Shown here: piece after piece, positions 12,678 to 25,185 of the stretch
Layout: the number at the start of each line of letters is the position of its first letter
Position numbering within the stretch: the first letter of the stretch is position 1
Notes under the pieces: generated by a model
Told to the model about the DNA's origin: nothing
Seen by the model: only the letters and a program-made list of their open reading frames with translations
The model's database searches: none
Position numbers and translations under genes: made by a program
Origin: Fistulifera solaris
Taxonomy: Eukaryota
Length of the DNA: 64,000 bases
Direction of reading: 5' to 3'
Assembly: GCA_030295235.1 (NCBI GenBank)
Contig: AP026124.1
Span: forward strand, 1,178,001-1,242,000

Positions 12678-14618
12678 CTAGAGAATGTGTACACTACCAC
12701 CGTCGTGGGAATCATTAAAAAGATGAAGACTGCCGTCATGCGAAGAGCCAAAGGAGGGAGTTTTTAGTTGCTCTTGGGGGAATCGCAGAATTCCGTCGCG
12801 TGTGACATGATCAGAATCCACCGCCACTGAACTTGCAATTGATGGTGGATGATCTCTAAATAAACCGCTACTGAGTCGTTGCTCGATGTTTGGAGTCTCT
12901 TTAAATTTGCGCTGAAGATACTGCTGTTTTCTTCTGGCATAACCAGCATTCACGGTTAATGCGTCGGCTTCATCTTTGATCGACAAGACACCGTCATCAT
13001 CGTCATCCCTGTAACCACCTTTCCAGGGACCATCCTTACCGAAAGGGGATTGTGCGGAAGAATTTCTGCTACGATCAAAAGCATCCATATTCACAGTCTT
13101 ATCAAAATTCTTGCGAACGTGTCCTCTTCTTCTCGAATACTTGTAAAAGAAGTAGAAGCAAGCAGCCATGAGTAGAATGGTTATAGCCAACAGAATAATC
13201 AAGAACGTTTGATCAAGGGTTTCGGTGCCATTAGCGCCGGAAGAGCGGTACTCGCAGTGATCGCCGTAGAATCCCTTCGGACATTCGCATCCGGGATGAC
13301 TGAAGAGAAGGGCAAAGTTAGATTCGAAAGCTCACATGCAAAAAAGTAGCTTTCAAATAGTCTCACCTCTCCCCATGCTCAACATATTGCAAGCATTTTC
13401 CTTTGTTTGTACAGAACGCATCCTGCCCAAGTCCCAAGTCCGGACGCATGCGATCAACAGTGCAGTACTCGGTTGATTCCATTTCACAAAACCCGCCAGC
13501 GAAAAGAGAGCCACTGGCCTTGGCAGATGAACAATCACATTTAAAGGTAATATCGCCACCATCAAGGGTACTGAGATTACATTCACCTCCATTTAAGCAG
13601 GCATGCTCTCCACCAGGACAAACGTCAACTTTATACTCGCAAACTAGTCCAGCATACCCGGCCGGGCACACGCAGTGCTCGAAGTCTTCATTGTACTTCT
13701 CAGCGAGATGGCGGTGACCGTCCTTATTCAAACCGAAACGGTCAAGCATAGATACGTCCTTAGCACCCTTTCGACAAACTCCATGATTCTTGCACTGTAA
13801 ACTGCAAGTAGGTACTTGAAGATTTTGATCAGCGAATTCACAAAGAGGACCGACAAAACCCTCGTTGCAGTGGCATCCTAGACGACTGAACAAAAATGGA
13901 CTCATTAGACGGAGTTTGTCTCACGATTTCTCTCATTTCCAACAAAGTTACTTACGACTCATCCTGGCAAGATCCTCCATTGACGCAAAAGTGGCGCCCA
14001 TTCTGGTCGTTGTTATCGCCGCAGAAAGTTGACGCCGGATACTCGCAAAATTCTCCCGCAAAAAACGTGTAGGAGTCCCCGGCACTGGTGCAGTCGCAAT
14101 TGTACGAAGTCGTACCATCTCTCTTTTGAATGACCACACAGCTTCCACCATTGTAGCAAAATTGTCGGCACCGCACGGTTCCGCTTCGAACTCGCACAAA
14201 CTGCCATGATATCCTTTGGGGCACATGCAATATTGGTGATCATGATTGACTTGGTATCGAAAGCTATTATCCAGCAGGTGTGCCCATGATGTGACACCGA
14301 TCATGCACACGCCATCATTCTTGCACCGTAAGCGACATGCCGGAACGTCATCCTCTTTGTACTCACAATGAGGCCCCGCGTAACCAGCGGGGCAATCACA
14401 GGGTTGTTCGGGATTTGCCGCGTAATCTGATTTGCAGACACCGTTGTTCGCGCAAAAGGCATCGGATTTGATTCGGAATACGCAATCAGCTCACCAAAGT
14501 TTGCTTGTTCATCGCATTTCACGATACCAACAGGCAATTCAAGTTCTCTCTGTTGTTGGCTAGCCAATGCCATCTGCGACGAGGCACATGCCACAACGAG
14601 ATAACCAATTTTCTTCAT
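12678..14618 (-). CDS. EGF-like repeat single-pass (type I) membrane protein, paralog 1
   Basis: Signal peptide MKKIGYLVVACASSQMALA; repeated CxNGGxC/CxCxxGxxGxxCE; TM segment IILLAITILLMAACFYFFY followed by basic SRRR. Introns 13886-13955 and 13300-13366; frameshifts at ~14465 and ~14160. Confidence 0.85.
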
Positions 14619-14974
14619 TATACAAGGAGACCTTGATTGACGAATTAGCAATAAAGATTGAACAATCTAGATGTCTGTGAAATAGGTTGGTGTTTCAATC
14701 GTTTTGAAAGAGAAATGGCTGGCCTGTTTTTATTTTGTTGTGAGGATGATTGATCCAAAATGCATTTTGTCGAAACAATTTTGTGAAAGGAATCGTTTTG
14801 GCCACCAAGTCTTGGAGGGAGTGCTCCCACAACTACAGCTTTCTCTGATAGTGTTTTGAGTAGACGGTTTGCGACATTATCGATCAGTACCGTTTGTGCT
14901 GGGCAAGACTCAACGCTCCACCCTTGTACAAGCAACACGACACACCGCTAAAATCTTCTCCGGAGTAATACGGA

Positions 14975-14995
14975 GTACCGGTACCGGTACCAGTA
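14975..14995. promoter_or_regulatory. (GTACCG)n cluster in the divergent EGF/SNX intergenic region
   Basis: gtaccggtaccggtaccagta. Confidence 0.45.
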
Positions 14996-15195
14996 AATCA
15001 ACTCGTGACCCACTTTGCGAGACTGACTTCAACAGAATACCGAACACGCAGAACGAACTGTGTGCTATTGCGTCGTTTCGAGATGAAGACAGGGGGGAGA
15101 GTTTGCGTCGACAATAAGATACAAAAAGGAGAAGCACTGCAATTGATTCTCTTAAACAAAGTCTGTAAAAACAATAACAACATTAAGATTTAGCC

Positions 15196-16893
15196 ATGAT
15201 GTCAATGGCGGGTATGCCCATGCCAACACATGCGGTGCACCGCAGAATGAAGCCCGAAGATGCTGCACTGCACATCACGGTGAGTTTCCCTCCTGTCGCC
15301 CTCAAGACGCGTACAAGTGCTTTTCATTGCACAAGACGCATCTATTTGTTTCACTTCTTTCATTTTTACGAATGAAAAGGATCGAGAATTGCTGCAAAGA
15401 GTGCAAAATTTGTTTGAAAACGTACTTTGTAAAGCTCGTATTTTATTCTAGTCGTGCTGACACGATCGCTTCTTCTACAGGTCTCGGATCCAATTCAGCA
15501 GGGAGATGGACTCAATAAACACATTTCTTATCGTGTGGATATTCGACCTCAAGCTCCCACACTGGGAGATCTTCCTCAGGAAGTTATTTTAACCGGAACT
15601 ACAATGTACAGTTCGGTGTTGCGCCGTTACTCGGATTTTCACTGGCTTTACGATCGTTTACATATTGAGAGAGCAGGTTCGATTGTACCGCCGATCCCTG
15701 ACAAGCATCCGGTTGGAAGATTCTCTCCCGCTTTCGTGGAAGAGCGCCGTGTTCAATTAGAACGGTTTCTGCGCCGTGTCGCCGTTCACCCCGAGCTTGC
15801 TGACGCCCCGTCGCTCGATACATTCTTTCGCGCCGATGACGGAACGTTCCAGGCAGCGAAACAGGCGAAAGGAAACGTTCCCATGATGAACTCATCTCAG
15901 ATGATGACGCCGATGTATCCGCCTCAGATGGGACCGTCACCCAAGAAAGAGGGTTTAAAACGATGGTTCGCGGAAACGAAAACATCCATGACGGGTGACT
16001 TGGTCCGGAGTCCGGACGATGATTTGTTTGAGGAAATTCAGCGTTACATACACGGTCTTGATACGCAAATGAAAAACGTCTCGCAACAGGTTTCTGGTTT
16101 GGTCCGTAAAGGAAAAGAAATGGCGAATGGATTGTTTGAATTCGGCTTGGCATTTAATTTGCTGGGACAAAGTGAAGGAGACGCTTTGGGAGATGCGCTT
16201 TCAAAAATGGGCGAGACAGCGGATCGTCTTTCGGTTTTGTCTGCGGAACACTCGGACCAGGAAATGTCGCAGTTCGAAGAGCCATTGCAAGACTACATCA
16301 AATTGATTCATGCCGCCAAGCTTGCGTTGCAAAGACGCCACGAAAAGCGACTAAGTTATAGTACTTGTTTGGCAGAAGTCGAGTCCAAACAAGCGCTTCT
16401 GGGGAAGCTTCGCGCACAGATCGGCTCTGAGGCAAAGGCATACTCCATGGAGATGTCCTTGCGCCAAGCACACGACGCCGCCGAAGTAGCCCGCGAAGAC
16501 TTCGCTACAGTTTCCCAACGTGTGTTGCGAGAAGTGGACCGCTTCAAGCGCGAAAAAGCCGAGGAGATGCGTTGGACTGTTTTGACGTACATTCAATTGC
16601 AGGTGGATTATAATAAGCGAATGGAACAGATTTGGGCACACCTTATACCTCAGCTCGAAGGCGTGCAAGTAGATGGTAACGCGAATGGTGGATCGCAGCA
16701 ACAACAACAACAGCAGCAGCAAATTCCAGCACCGCCGTTGATGCAGCAGCAAGTGCCCGTGAATCAGCCAATTATCCAGCATGCACACGACATTCCGCAA
16801 TATGATGTGTCAGCAAGTCAAATGGCTCCTCCATTGGGCGGCACCTCTGTACCGGGCGGTGATCCTATGATTTCGATTCAATACCGAGAGTAA
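15196..16893 (+). CDS. Sorting nexin SNX1/Vps5 (PX + BAR)
   Basis: PX motif VLRRYSDFHWL..PPIPDK..FVEERRVQLERFL; helical BAR region; exon 15196-15279 and intron 15280-15480. Confidence 0.92.
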
Positions 16894-17556
16894 AGGTTTA
16901 CGAAATTGGTATAAAAACAATTTTTTTCAAATGATTATACTTCGATCTTAGACAGCTGATTATTCTTGAAATCTAAGTTTAGAGTCACTTACTGACAGAA
17001 CTACGCCACTGCAATTCTAGAAAGCGTAAAGTATCTAGAGATCTTTTATAGGATGCGCTTTCAACATCTAAGATCTAACAATCTAAGGGATTGATCTTAC
17101 ACTCGAACAAATCGTCGGCTTGAGGAAGGTATCGTTGAGAAAGATCGTAGAACATAGAATTGTTCTCCGTTCTTCGCGTTGTGAAATTGCCCCTCAATGA
17201 CATCGCTTGTCTGTCTTACCGCGAATGACGAGTACAGTTTGAGGTACAGGTCAGACCGTCGGAAATCGGAAACAATCAGATGAGGTCTCTTGGCTGAAGA
17301 ACCGATGAACCCGGAAGTTGAACTTTCGCTTCCTCATTTCTCACTCCGTTGTGTTGCGGTTGCGGAGCAAGATCCAGGTTCCAATTTAATTTCCAATCTC
17401 TCCACCGAGCGAGGCACATCAACCAACAAAACGTACGACAATCTACGTTCCGCTAACTTATTAGTCAGCACACAACATTTCGCGTTGGTGGAAATAAGAA
17501 CAATCTTTGTTGTTGTATTTCGATTGTTTCCAAGTGTTACAGTCTTCCTTCACAAG

Positions 17557-18966
17557 ATGATGCGATTGGTAACGTTATTTCTAACTGCCTCATCGGCAGC
17601 CGGCTTCCTTGCTCCTTTGCGACAACCGCAATCGGCGGTCTCGTCCTCGTCGATCCTTTCGCCCTTGACTTCTCTCCAGGCTGTATCTCCCGTATTGGAT
17701 CAAGTAACGACCACTCCTCAGAAAATCTACTTGAAGAAAGATAAAGAGTTGCCCAAAGTGTTGGGTGGTTTGAAAATTGGACTTCGAGAGCTTGTTGTCA
17801 TCACCGGAGCGTCATCCGGTCTCGGACTGGCGACGGCGGTCGAATTATCCAAGTCGGGCAAGTATTTCGTCGTTATGGCAGTGCGCGATGTCGAAAAGGC
17901 CAAGAAAGGTAAGTTTTTAATTGATAACTTTGACTTGTTAGTTAGAAATCTGTCTCTCATCGATTCATAATCATGACTTTGCAGTCGCCAAGGAACGAGG
18001 CATGCCCGACGGATCTTATGTTGCCATGAAACTAGAACTTGCCAACTTGGAGAGCGTTCGTGATTTTGTTACCAATTTGAAAGCATTTAAGGCCGGCCGT
18101 CCGCTTAATCACTTGATCTGCAACGCCGCTGTTTATCTTCCTACCGATCCCAAACCTCAGTTCACCGATGATGGCTTTGAAATGTCCATGGGAGTCAACC
18201 ATCTCGGACACTTTTTGCTCGTCAACTTGTTGCTCGAGGACATGGCCAAGGCTAAGAACGCCCGCTGCTGTATCGTCGGATCCATCACGGGAAACACAAA
18301 CACCGTTGGTGGTGGTCTCGTTTATCCTCAAGCCGATCTAGGTAACTTGTCGGGTTTGGAAAAGGTATGAAGCAACCCATTACCATGGCCGACGGAAAGC
18401 CTTTTTTTGGGGCTAAAGCTTACAAGGATTCAAAGGTAAGACAAAAATTGGTGTACAATTCGCACCCTTCTTCGCCTTCATCCTCTTACAACGTTTGATC
18501 GAAAGGTTTGCAACATGATGACCGTCGCAGAATTGAACCGAAGATATCACAAGGACACGGGCATCATCTTCTCCAGCATGTACCCTGGATGCATTGCCGA
18601 AACCGCTCTTTTCCGCGAAAAGCGAACGTGGTTCCGAAAGCTTTTCCCTCTTTCATGAAGTACGTTACGGGAGGTTACGTGGGCGAAGAAGAAGCTGGTC
18701 AGCGATTGGCTCAGGTGATTTCGGATCCCCGATGCAATAAGTCGGGTGTGTACTGGAGCTGGAATGGTGGGGCTCAGACCGTTGGCCGATGGAGTCCTGA
18801 TGGTAAACCAAGGGGAGCTGGTGGTTCCGGTGGAGAAATCTTTGAGAACCAACAATCCGACGCTGTTCGCAACCCGGTCGTTGCCAAGAAGGTGTGGGAA
18901 TACAGTAAAAAGGCTGTTGGCCTATCCGACAAAGAAATGTACAAGGGAGGACGCCTGGAAGATTAA
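17557..18966 (+). CDS. por: Light-dependent NADPH:protochlorophyllide oxidoreductase, plastid-targeted
   Basis: [50 protein letters not shown]; presequence [20 protein letters not shown]. Introns ~17909-17984 and 18436-18505; frameshifts at ~18362 and ~18650. Confidence 0.95.
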
Positions 18967-19319
18967 GCGCAACAAGCATAACGCACCCTTACAATGACAA
19001 GTATTAGAAGCTACCGTCAAGAATCAATGCGAATCTAGTATAGATTCTCATTCTATAATGCATGTTAGGATCATTTTTACTTTCTAAGATGTTTTCCTAA
19101 TTTCAAATGATGATTCGTCACAAGAAAAGAATTGTGTACCTCTCTTTGCGTGATCGATTTACATCTGGAGCTATAATGCACGACGAAATGTGACAGTCGT
19201 TCGCGAGACGCTACCAAAGACGTCAATTTAACGAGTATCAAAATGAATATTTGTGTAACTAAATTACCTAATGCCGTCGATGGATCACAAAATGAGTGCG
19301 ACACCGAAATTCATGGTTT

Positions 19320-20280
19320 TCACTGCCCATCCCCATCCTGCGCTTGTTCTTCTTCATTGTAATTTTCATAATTTTCTTCGTTAGAATGTTTTCGAGTACA
19401 GTATTGCAGTCTCGCCCCACAGAATGCAACTGTCGTAACGTAAAGGAACATGGAAAAGCCAATCAAAAATAAAGCAGCAAGGACCATTCTTTTGAACCAG
19501 AATTTCCGTTGATGGCGTCGTCGAACAACTGTCGATTTCCTCCTGAACACAGCTGCATCTTCTTCTAAGGTCTCCGATTTGTCGACAAGTTCTTCCAGCG
19601 CATCAGATCTTTCCAACATCAGATGAATGTTTGTCCCCATGACGTGCTTCATATTGTCTACCTTGGCCATCAGATTGATCACTCGCTCTTCCTGAGCTAT
19701 CGATTTGTGATTAATATTATGGTGGTGCATACAAGATCTTACAGTTGGCGAAAAATCCTTATCGAGAGCGTAGGCATTGGCCGTTTGGATACGCCCTTTT
19801 CTGTGTCGTTTTACAAATTCCGTCGCTATTTGTTCCAGAAATGCAAAGTTCCTGCCGCACCCAATACACCCGTTCGTGAGATACTTTTCATGCACCAAGA
19901 AATGATTTCATGCACCAAGAAATGATTTCATGCAAGCGAAACACTTACACTTTCTGATCACGGATATCGGGATCATCACCTATGCAACAATAAAAGACTC
20001 CGTCTTTCGTGAGCAAATGGAAGTAGTAATCATCGTCCCACGGTTCTTCATTCAAAACGGAAGCGCAGCTTTCGACGAAATTAGAGAGAAAGTCCTCTTC
20101 CTGCTGATTGCGTTGAACGAACGTCTTGTACTCTCCTTCAACGAGTAATTCGGGATGATCACGGAGATGAGTCAAGAGTTTGGTGGTGACTTGAGGGGCA
20201 TTTCCGGATAAATCCGGAGACGACACTTCAACGAGGACCGCTACGTCTCGGACGCGGCAAATGACAGTGTAAATGATCAT
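19320..20280 (-). CDS. VAMP7-like longin R-SNARE
   Basis: Longin domain MIIYTVICR..YFHLLTKDGVFYCCI; R-SNARE motif KVDNMKHVMGTNIHLMLERSDALEELVDKSETL; C-terminal TM. Intron 19852-19948. Confidence 0.9.
19886..19934. repeat. 20-bp tandem duplication (2.4 copies) inside the VAMP intron
   Basis: tttcatgcaccaagaaatga x2 followed by tttcatgca. Confidence 0.95.
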
Positions 20281-20731
20281 TGTCAAGTGAAAATACTTTT
20301 GACGACGGCGCTGATAGATACAACTAATGAAGGAAGATTATTTTACTTTGTAATGGTTCATCAACAACACGGACTGGTGCCATGGAAACGGCGATTTACA
20401 GGACGAATTTTTTGTTTCGTGTTTCGTGATGATCTGCGTTGAACGGCGATATTGTCCGTTGGCCTCACACAAAGCAGGTAGAGTATAGGGTGCGATACTG
20501 GTAATACGTGCAATTTCACGTACCGTACCCTGTACTGTATGCCGTAGGCCCCGTAGGGAAATTTATAGGGAAACCCGAATATTGTCTAGTTCGACCATTC
20601 ATTCTTCGGGTACGTTTGACTGGAATGCCATAAAACCATGAACCAACACCAATCATTCGCACTAGTAGACCATGTTTACGATCGATTACAAATCATAACG
20701 TCACAAAGAGCGAAGACACAACGCGTAAAAT

Positions 20732-21014
20732 GTCTACGTTCAGTTTACGTAGCTGCCGTAGGAATATTGTCGATGTAGGTACCATGGCACCTACTACTAT
20801 TATGGTACAAGCTATCGAATTCGACCTCATCCATTCTCGGGTCCAGGTCCCTTTCGAACTAGCGTCTCAATTGACTTTTACACCGATGGACGATTTATTC
20901 CAAGGAACTATAATCGACGCCGACTCGCTCTCAAATTGAAGAAGAGAATAACGATACTATGTTTACAAAGTCTACGTGAAATTCACGTAACCGCTGTAGG
21001 AAATTTATCGATGT
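20732..21014. repeat. Diverged direct repeat, 45-nt cores 238 bp apart
   Basis: 20732-20776 and 20970-21014 align without gaps at about 35/45 identity; weaker similarity continues in the flanks (gaattcga..catc). Confidence 0.75.
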
Positions 21015-21404
21015 CGGGGCATCCCAGAGTTTTTGGAATTCGAGCACATCATTCATCGTGTCTTACTAATCTAGGTGTACTATTCATCCTTTCATGAGCA
21101 TATATCATTCGTTGCAGAAAGTGATATGCGATGTCGGTGAACGTCAAACCAAAAGAAAGAAGAACAATTTGACCCATAGAAATTCACAAGAACTCTAAGT
21201 AGCCCCGCACAGCGTTTCCGGTGTCTCACGAATCGTGATACAAAGATCATATTCTTATTTACTATCCTATACTTTAATTGATGTCCCAGCACAATTTTTG
21301 TCCTTGATTCGCTAACCCGTCGTCTCAATCGTATTTTGGGAGTCGGCTGCTAGCGCCACGCACAATTTGTGTCGGACGCAGCCCAACGCACTCCTATCGT
21401 AATA

Positions 21405-21773
21405 TTACCAAGACGAACTTCCTTCCCAGTCAGATTGCGTAATTTTCTGATTGACGACGACTTCCTGTTCAAACATTTCTTCCGTCGGCGAACTCGAAAT
21501 GACAACACCCAAAGCGGCATTGATATCTTCGGTAATTTTGTGACAATCACCTCCCTTGACTCCACGAACGGTCTCTTCAACTCGACCATCTGGATAAATT
21601 TTGAATTCGATTTGTTCGACTTGTCCAGCTCTTCCACCCGAGGCCGCCGAACTGCTGCTCCAAGCATCGGCGTTCATGAAGAGCGACGTTGTCGCCGAAG
21701 TCTTCGGCAGAACCGTAAAAGTACTTGCCTTTCCGATGCATGCAACCAAAATAAACAATAAACTGAGCATCAT
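21405..21773 (-). CDS. DUF2997-like small protein, probably plastid-targeted
   Basis: IEFKIYPDGRVEETVRGVKGGDCHKITEDINAALGVV..PTEEMF resembles cyanobacterial DUF2997; presequence MMLSLLFILVACIGKAST-F followed by an S/T-rich transit region. Confidence 0.8.
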   Translation of the reverse strand: MMLSLLFILVACIGKASTFTVLPKTSATTSLFMNADAWSSSSAASGGRAGQVEQIEFKIYPDGRVEETVRGVKGGDCHKITEDINAALGVVISSSPTEEMFEQEVVVNQKITQSDWEGSSSW

Positions 21774-22228
21774 TTTAAAAATGAGATAGGCTGATTGTGG
21801 AATATAATAAAAGAGACAATGGACAGTTTTTCGACGAGAAAAGAAGGTTTGGCATTCGAACGAAAACGTTCGTGTTCTCACCGTTCTCATCAACGCGGGT
21901 CTCGCGTGTCCCGTATGCTGGGTCGCGTGCAGTGTGCAGTGTGCTCGACACTCGACAGTGAGTTTTCAGAAAGGCGGATCCCTTTTGAAACCTGTTAAGT
22001 AGAGTACCGTTCTGACAAACAAAGAAATCGACCACAACCTCGCGCAAAAAATTCCACCTCCATTCATTTATTCATTCTCCGTCCTTCACTCTCCCGTGTG
22101 CTGCGATAATTTCGTATTACGTATTACGTCGCATACTGGTATTTATTTTGTTCGATGATTCGTTGTTAAGAAAATGCAATCGAACATTTTTGATTGTTGT
22201 TCAATTCGTTATTATAGTTCATAGAAAC

Positions 22229-23631
22229 ATGAGAGGGACAGTAAAGGCAACCAGATTAGTGTCGAAACTTGGCGGAAACACGAGTACGCGTCGCCATGTT
22301 TCGAGGCGACTTGCGCCATCCACTTTCTCCCATCGCATCCATCAAATGATGGCTTGCAGCTTTCGCCCGCAAGAAAACTACTTTCGCCCGCAAGAAAACT
22401 GCGGTAGTCCATCACAAGTAAGGTGTTTTTCTTCTGCTGGTAAAAAAGACTTTTATGAAGTGTTGGGCGTGAGTCGTACTGCCGACAAGGCGGAGATCAA
22501 AAGGCATACTTTAAATTGGCCAAGCAATATCATCCCGACACCAACAGGGTAAGTTAACTCGAAGTCCACTGTCGATGGCGGAACTCGTTAGACATCGCTG
22601 ATAGTTTATCTTTGTGACAACGCAAACAACAGGATGACAAAGAGGCGGCGGAGAAATTTAAAACAGTGACAGAAGCGTACGAAGTTCTATCCGACGAAAA
22701 GCAACGTGGATTATACGATCAGTTTGGTCACGCTGGAGTCGATCCGAACTTTCAGGCCGGTAATCCTTTTCAGGGAGGCAATCCCTTTGGTGGCGGTGGT
22801 TTTAACTTCAATGACGGTTCGTTTCATTTTCACGGAAGTGCCGGTGGACAGGAAATTGATCCGGAAGATCTGTTTGATATGTTTTTTGGCAGTGGACGCC
22901 GTCGTCCTCGTGGTCCCAGGCGCGGATCGGATTTACAAATGCAGGTGCGATTGACGTTTCAAGAAGCAGTATTTGGTGTTGATAAGGATTTAAATCTACA
23001 GTATCAAGTCGTTGACCGAAAAACGGGTCAAGTAGAAGTCAAAGATAAAGAAGTGACGGTCAGCATTCCTCCCGGAATCGATACAGGCATGAACATTCGA
23101 CTCGCCGGACAAGGGGCGGAGGGGGATCCGGGTGCGCCCGCCGGCAATTTGTTGGTACAAGTGATCGTCGATCCAGATGATTACTTTGAACGGGATGGAT
23201 TCGATGTCCACACAGAAGTGCCAATCAGTGTTACTCAAGCCATATTAGGTGGAACTGTTGACGTTCGAACGCTGTCGGGTGAGGTTGAAGTAAAAATTCC
23301 GAAAGGGTGTCAACCTGATACAAAGCTGATGTTACGAGGAAAGGGTATTCAGGAATTGAGAGGCACGAGGAAAGGAAATCAAGTCGTCCATTTGAAGCTT
23401 CAAATTCCAAAAGAAATTTCACCGCGCCAGGAGGAGCTACTGCGAGAGTTTGACGAGGAAACATCGAAGCATGACCTTGGTATTTCCGGTCGTATAGCCC
23501 ACGCCGCAGAGTCGGCATTTGAGAAATTATTTGGAAAGAAGAAACACGACAAGAAAGGTACTGCGAAAGATTCCAAGTCTTCCGAAGAAGAAGACGAAGA
23601 AGACAGTAACAAGAAGCAGGCAGCGCATTAG
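22229..23631 (+). CDS. Mitochondrial DnaJ/Hsp40 (J domain, G/F region, C-terminal domain; no zinc finger)
   Basis: KDFYEVLGV, YHPD, EAYEVLSD, DLFDMFFG, GGTVDVRTL; Arg-rich presequence. Intron 22549-22632; frameshift at ~22500. Confidence 0.92.
22360..22400. repeat. 21-bp in-frame tandem duplication in the DnaJ presequence
   Basis: ctttcgcccgcaagaaaact(a) x2, encoding FRPQEN-Y-FRPQEN. Confidence 0.95.
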
Positions 23632-23805
23632 GAGCAACTTAGGGACGAGTAGTTATAGATATTAGCATGCGAAACTGATGCAATTTAGTTTTGAACAAAT
23701 AGTTACTTTCTCAACTCTCTTTTAGTCAATTCTATTTGCAAAGCTAAGGGACGCAATAAACAGTATACTCAACTCCATCTCTACGCCGAGCTTCGGCGAG
23801 GACTT

Positions 23806-25185
23806 TTAGTAAACAAGGCCAAGATTGTTGACTTCCCAGCTGTTTGTTGGCCACGGATCTCTCTCGCTAGCACGCTGCAGTAGAACTCGTGTCCAAGCAA
23901 CCCACGCTCCAAATGAAAGCCTCTTGTCCCACGCCGTTCCCCAGTCTTGCTGGAGTTGCAACGCTTGAGTAGCAGCTGCCTGAGCCCTTTCATGATCATT
24001 TTGATGTAACAATTTCTGTGCCAAAAGAACTAGAGGTTCAAATGCCCACGGGTTCCTCTCATGACATTCTTGCAATTGTTGAATAGTATTCTTTGGGTCG
24101 TTGTCGGGTTCTCCTGATGATGATACAACGCTCCAATAAAGATCACGTGCTTTCTCCTCGTCTTGTAGCAACAGTGTGCTTGTTCCATTGGCGAAAACGG
24201 GTGGAATCGCTGGTAAAGCTTCATCACGAGCTGAACCCATTTCGTCGTGAAACCGTTTTACCACCTGAGCTAAATCGGAAACGTAGCTCATCCACAAACC
24301 GGGCTTTGATACTCCAGGCCAAAGAGCAGCGGTATCGTGGCGGTCCTCCCTATCTTGACCAGGTATGATCATTGAGCCAGCCTCTCCCCCGCCGCCGAAT
24401 AATTGATCCTGCCAGCCGAAGTATTGATCGGCTATGTCTGCCATCGTAAAAACAACTAGCAATCGAAGTGTTTCTGCGGAAAGGAATACTTCTTTATCTG
24501 CTTCCCTGAGATGGGGTACAGAAAGACCTTCTAGTGGAATGAATCCTTGTTTGAGTACGGTATTTACCACGACTTTCTGTCGATCAATGATACAGAATAA
24601 ATGAACCAGTTCTTCGGCTTCTGGGCCAATCAGTCGCGTCATGACATCTCGCTCCGTCCATGGATCAAATAGGGCAAGGTTCACGTAAGAATTACTGTAT
24701 GCACTGTGGAAAAGGCCGACACGAGCAATCTTTTGGCCTTCGTGCAATAAAGTCAGAAGGGATCAAGTATGGCAGGTAGTGATCGGTCTTGTGAGGTGTC
24801 AAACAAATGGCGACAGTAGGGGGATCGACTTTATTACGCACCTTGGCCCCAAAGGCGCAGTACGTTATGGACACCGACGAGATGCTCTAAGAATGTGCTG
24901 TGTTTGTGCCAACATCGGTGTGCACCTCGCTGCTTTAGGGCACCAATGCTCGTTGCCAATACCGGACCATCGAGTTGATCGTAATCTTCTGCTAAAATGA
25001 GTTCAAAAGTTGCATTTCGACTGCTATTAGTTATAGTTTCCGCCGACAGAAAACATTCTGGAGGCGAGTACACAGAAAGCCGTAGCAAAGGTACGTTCTG
25101 CAGCTTTGACAATAAACCGACTCGAATAGAATCGATGCATCAACAACAGAAATGCTGACGACATTTTCATGCAGTTTGTCATCAT
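23806..25185 (-). CDS. DUF6817-like protein with C-terminal TPR-like helices; 5' end uncertain
   Basis: RGAHRCWHKHSTFLEHLVGVHNVLRLWGQ and GLFHSAYSNSYVNL, IGPEAEELVHLFC, NPWAFEPLVLLAQ, WGTAWDKRLSFGAWVAWTRV; probable intron ~24740-24838. Confidence 0.75.

Noticed and set aside
19886..22400. Short tandem repeats as CRISPR-like arrays
   Set aside because: Only two adjacent copies each, no spacers, eukaryotic context and no cas genes.
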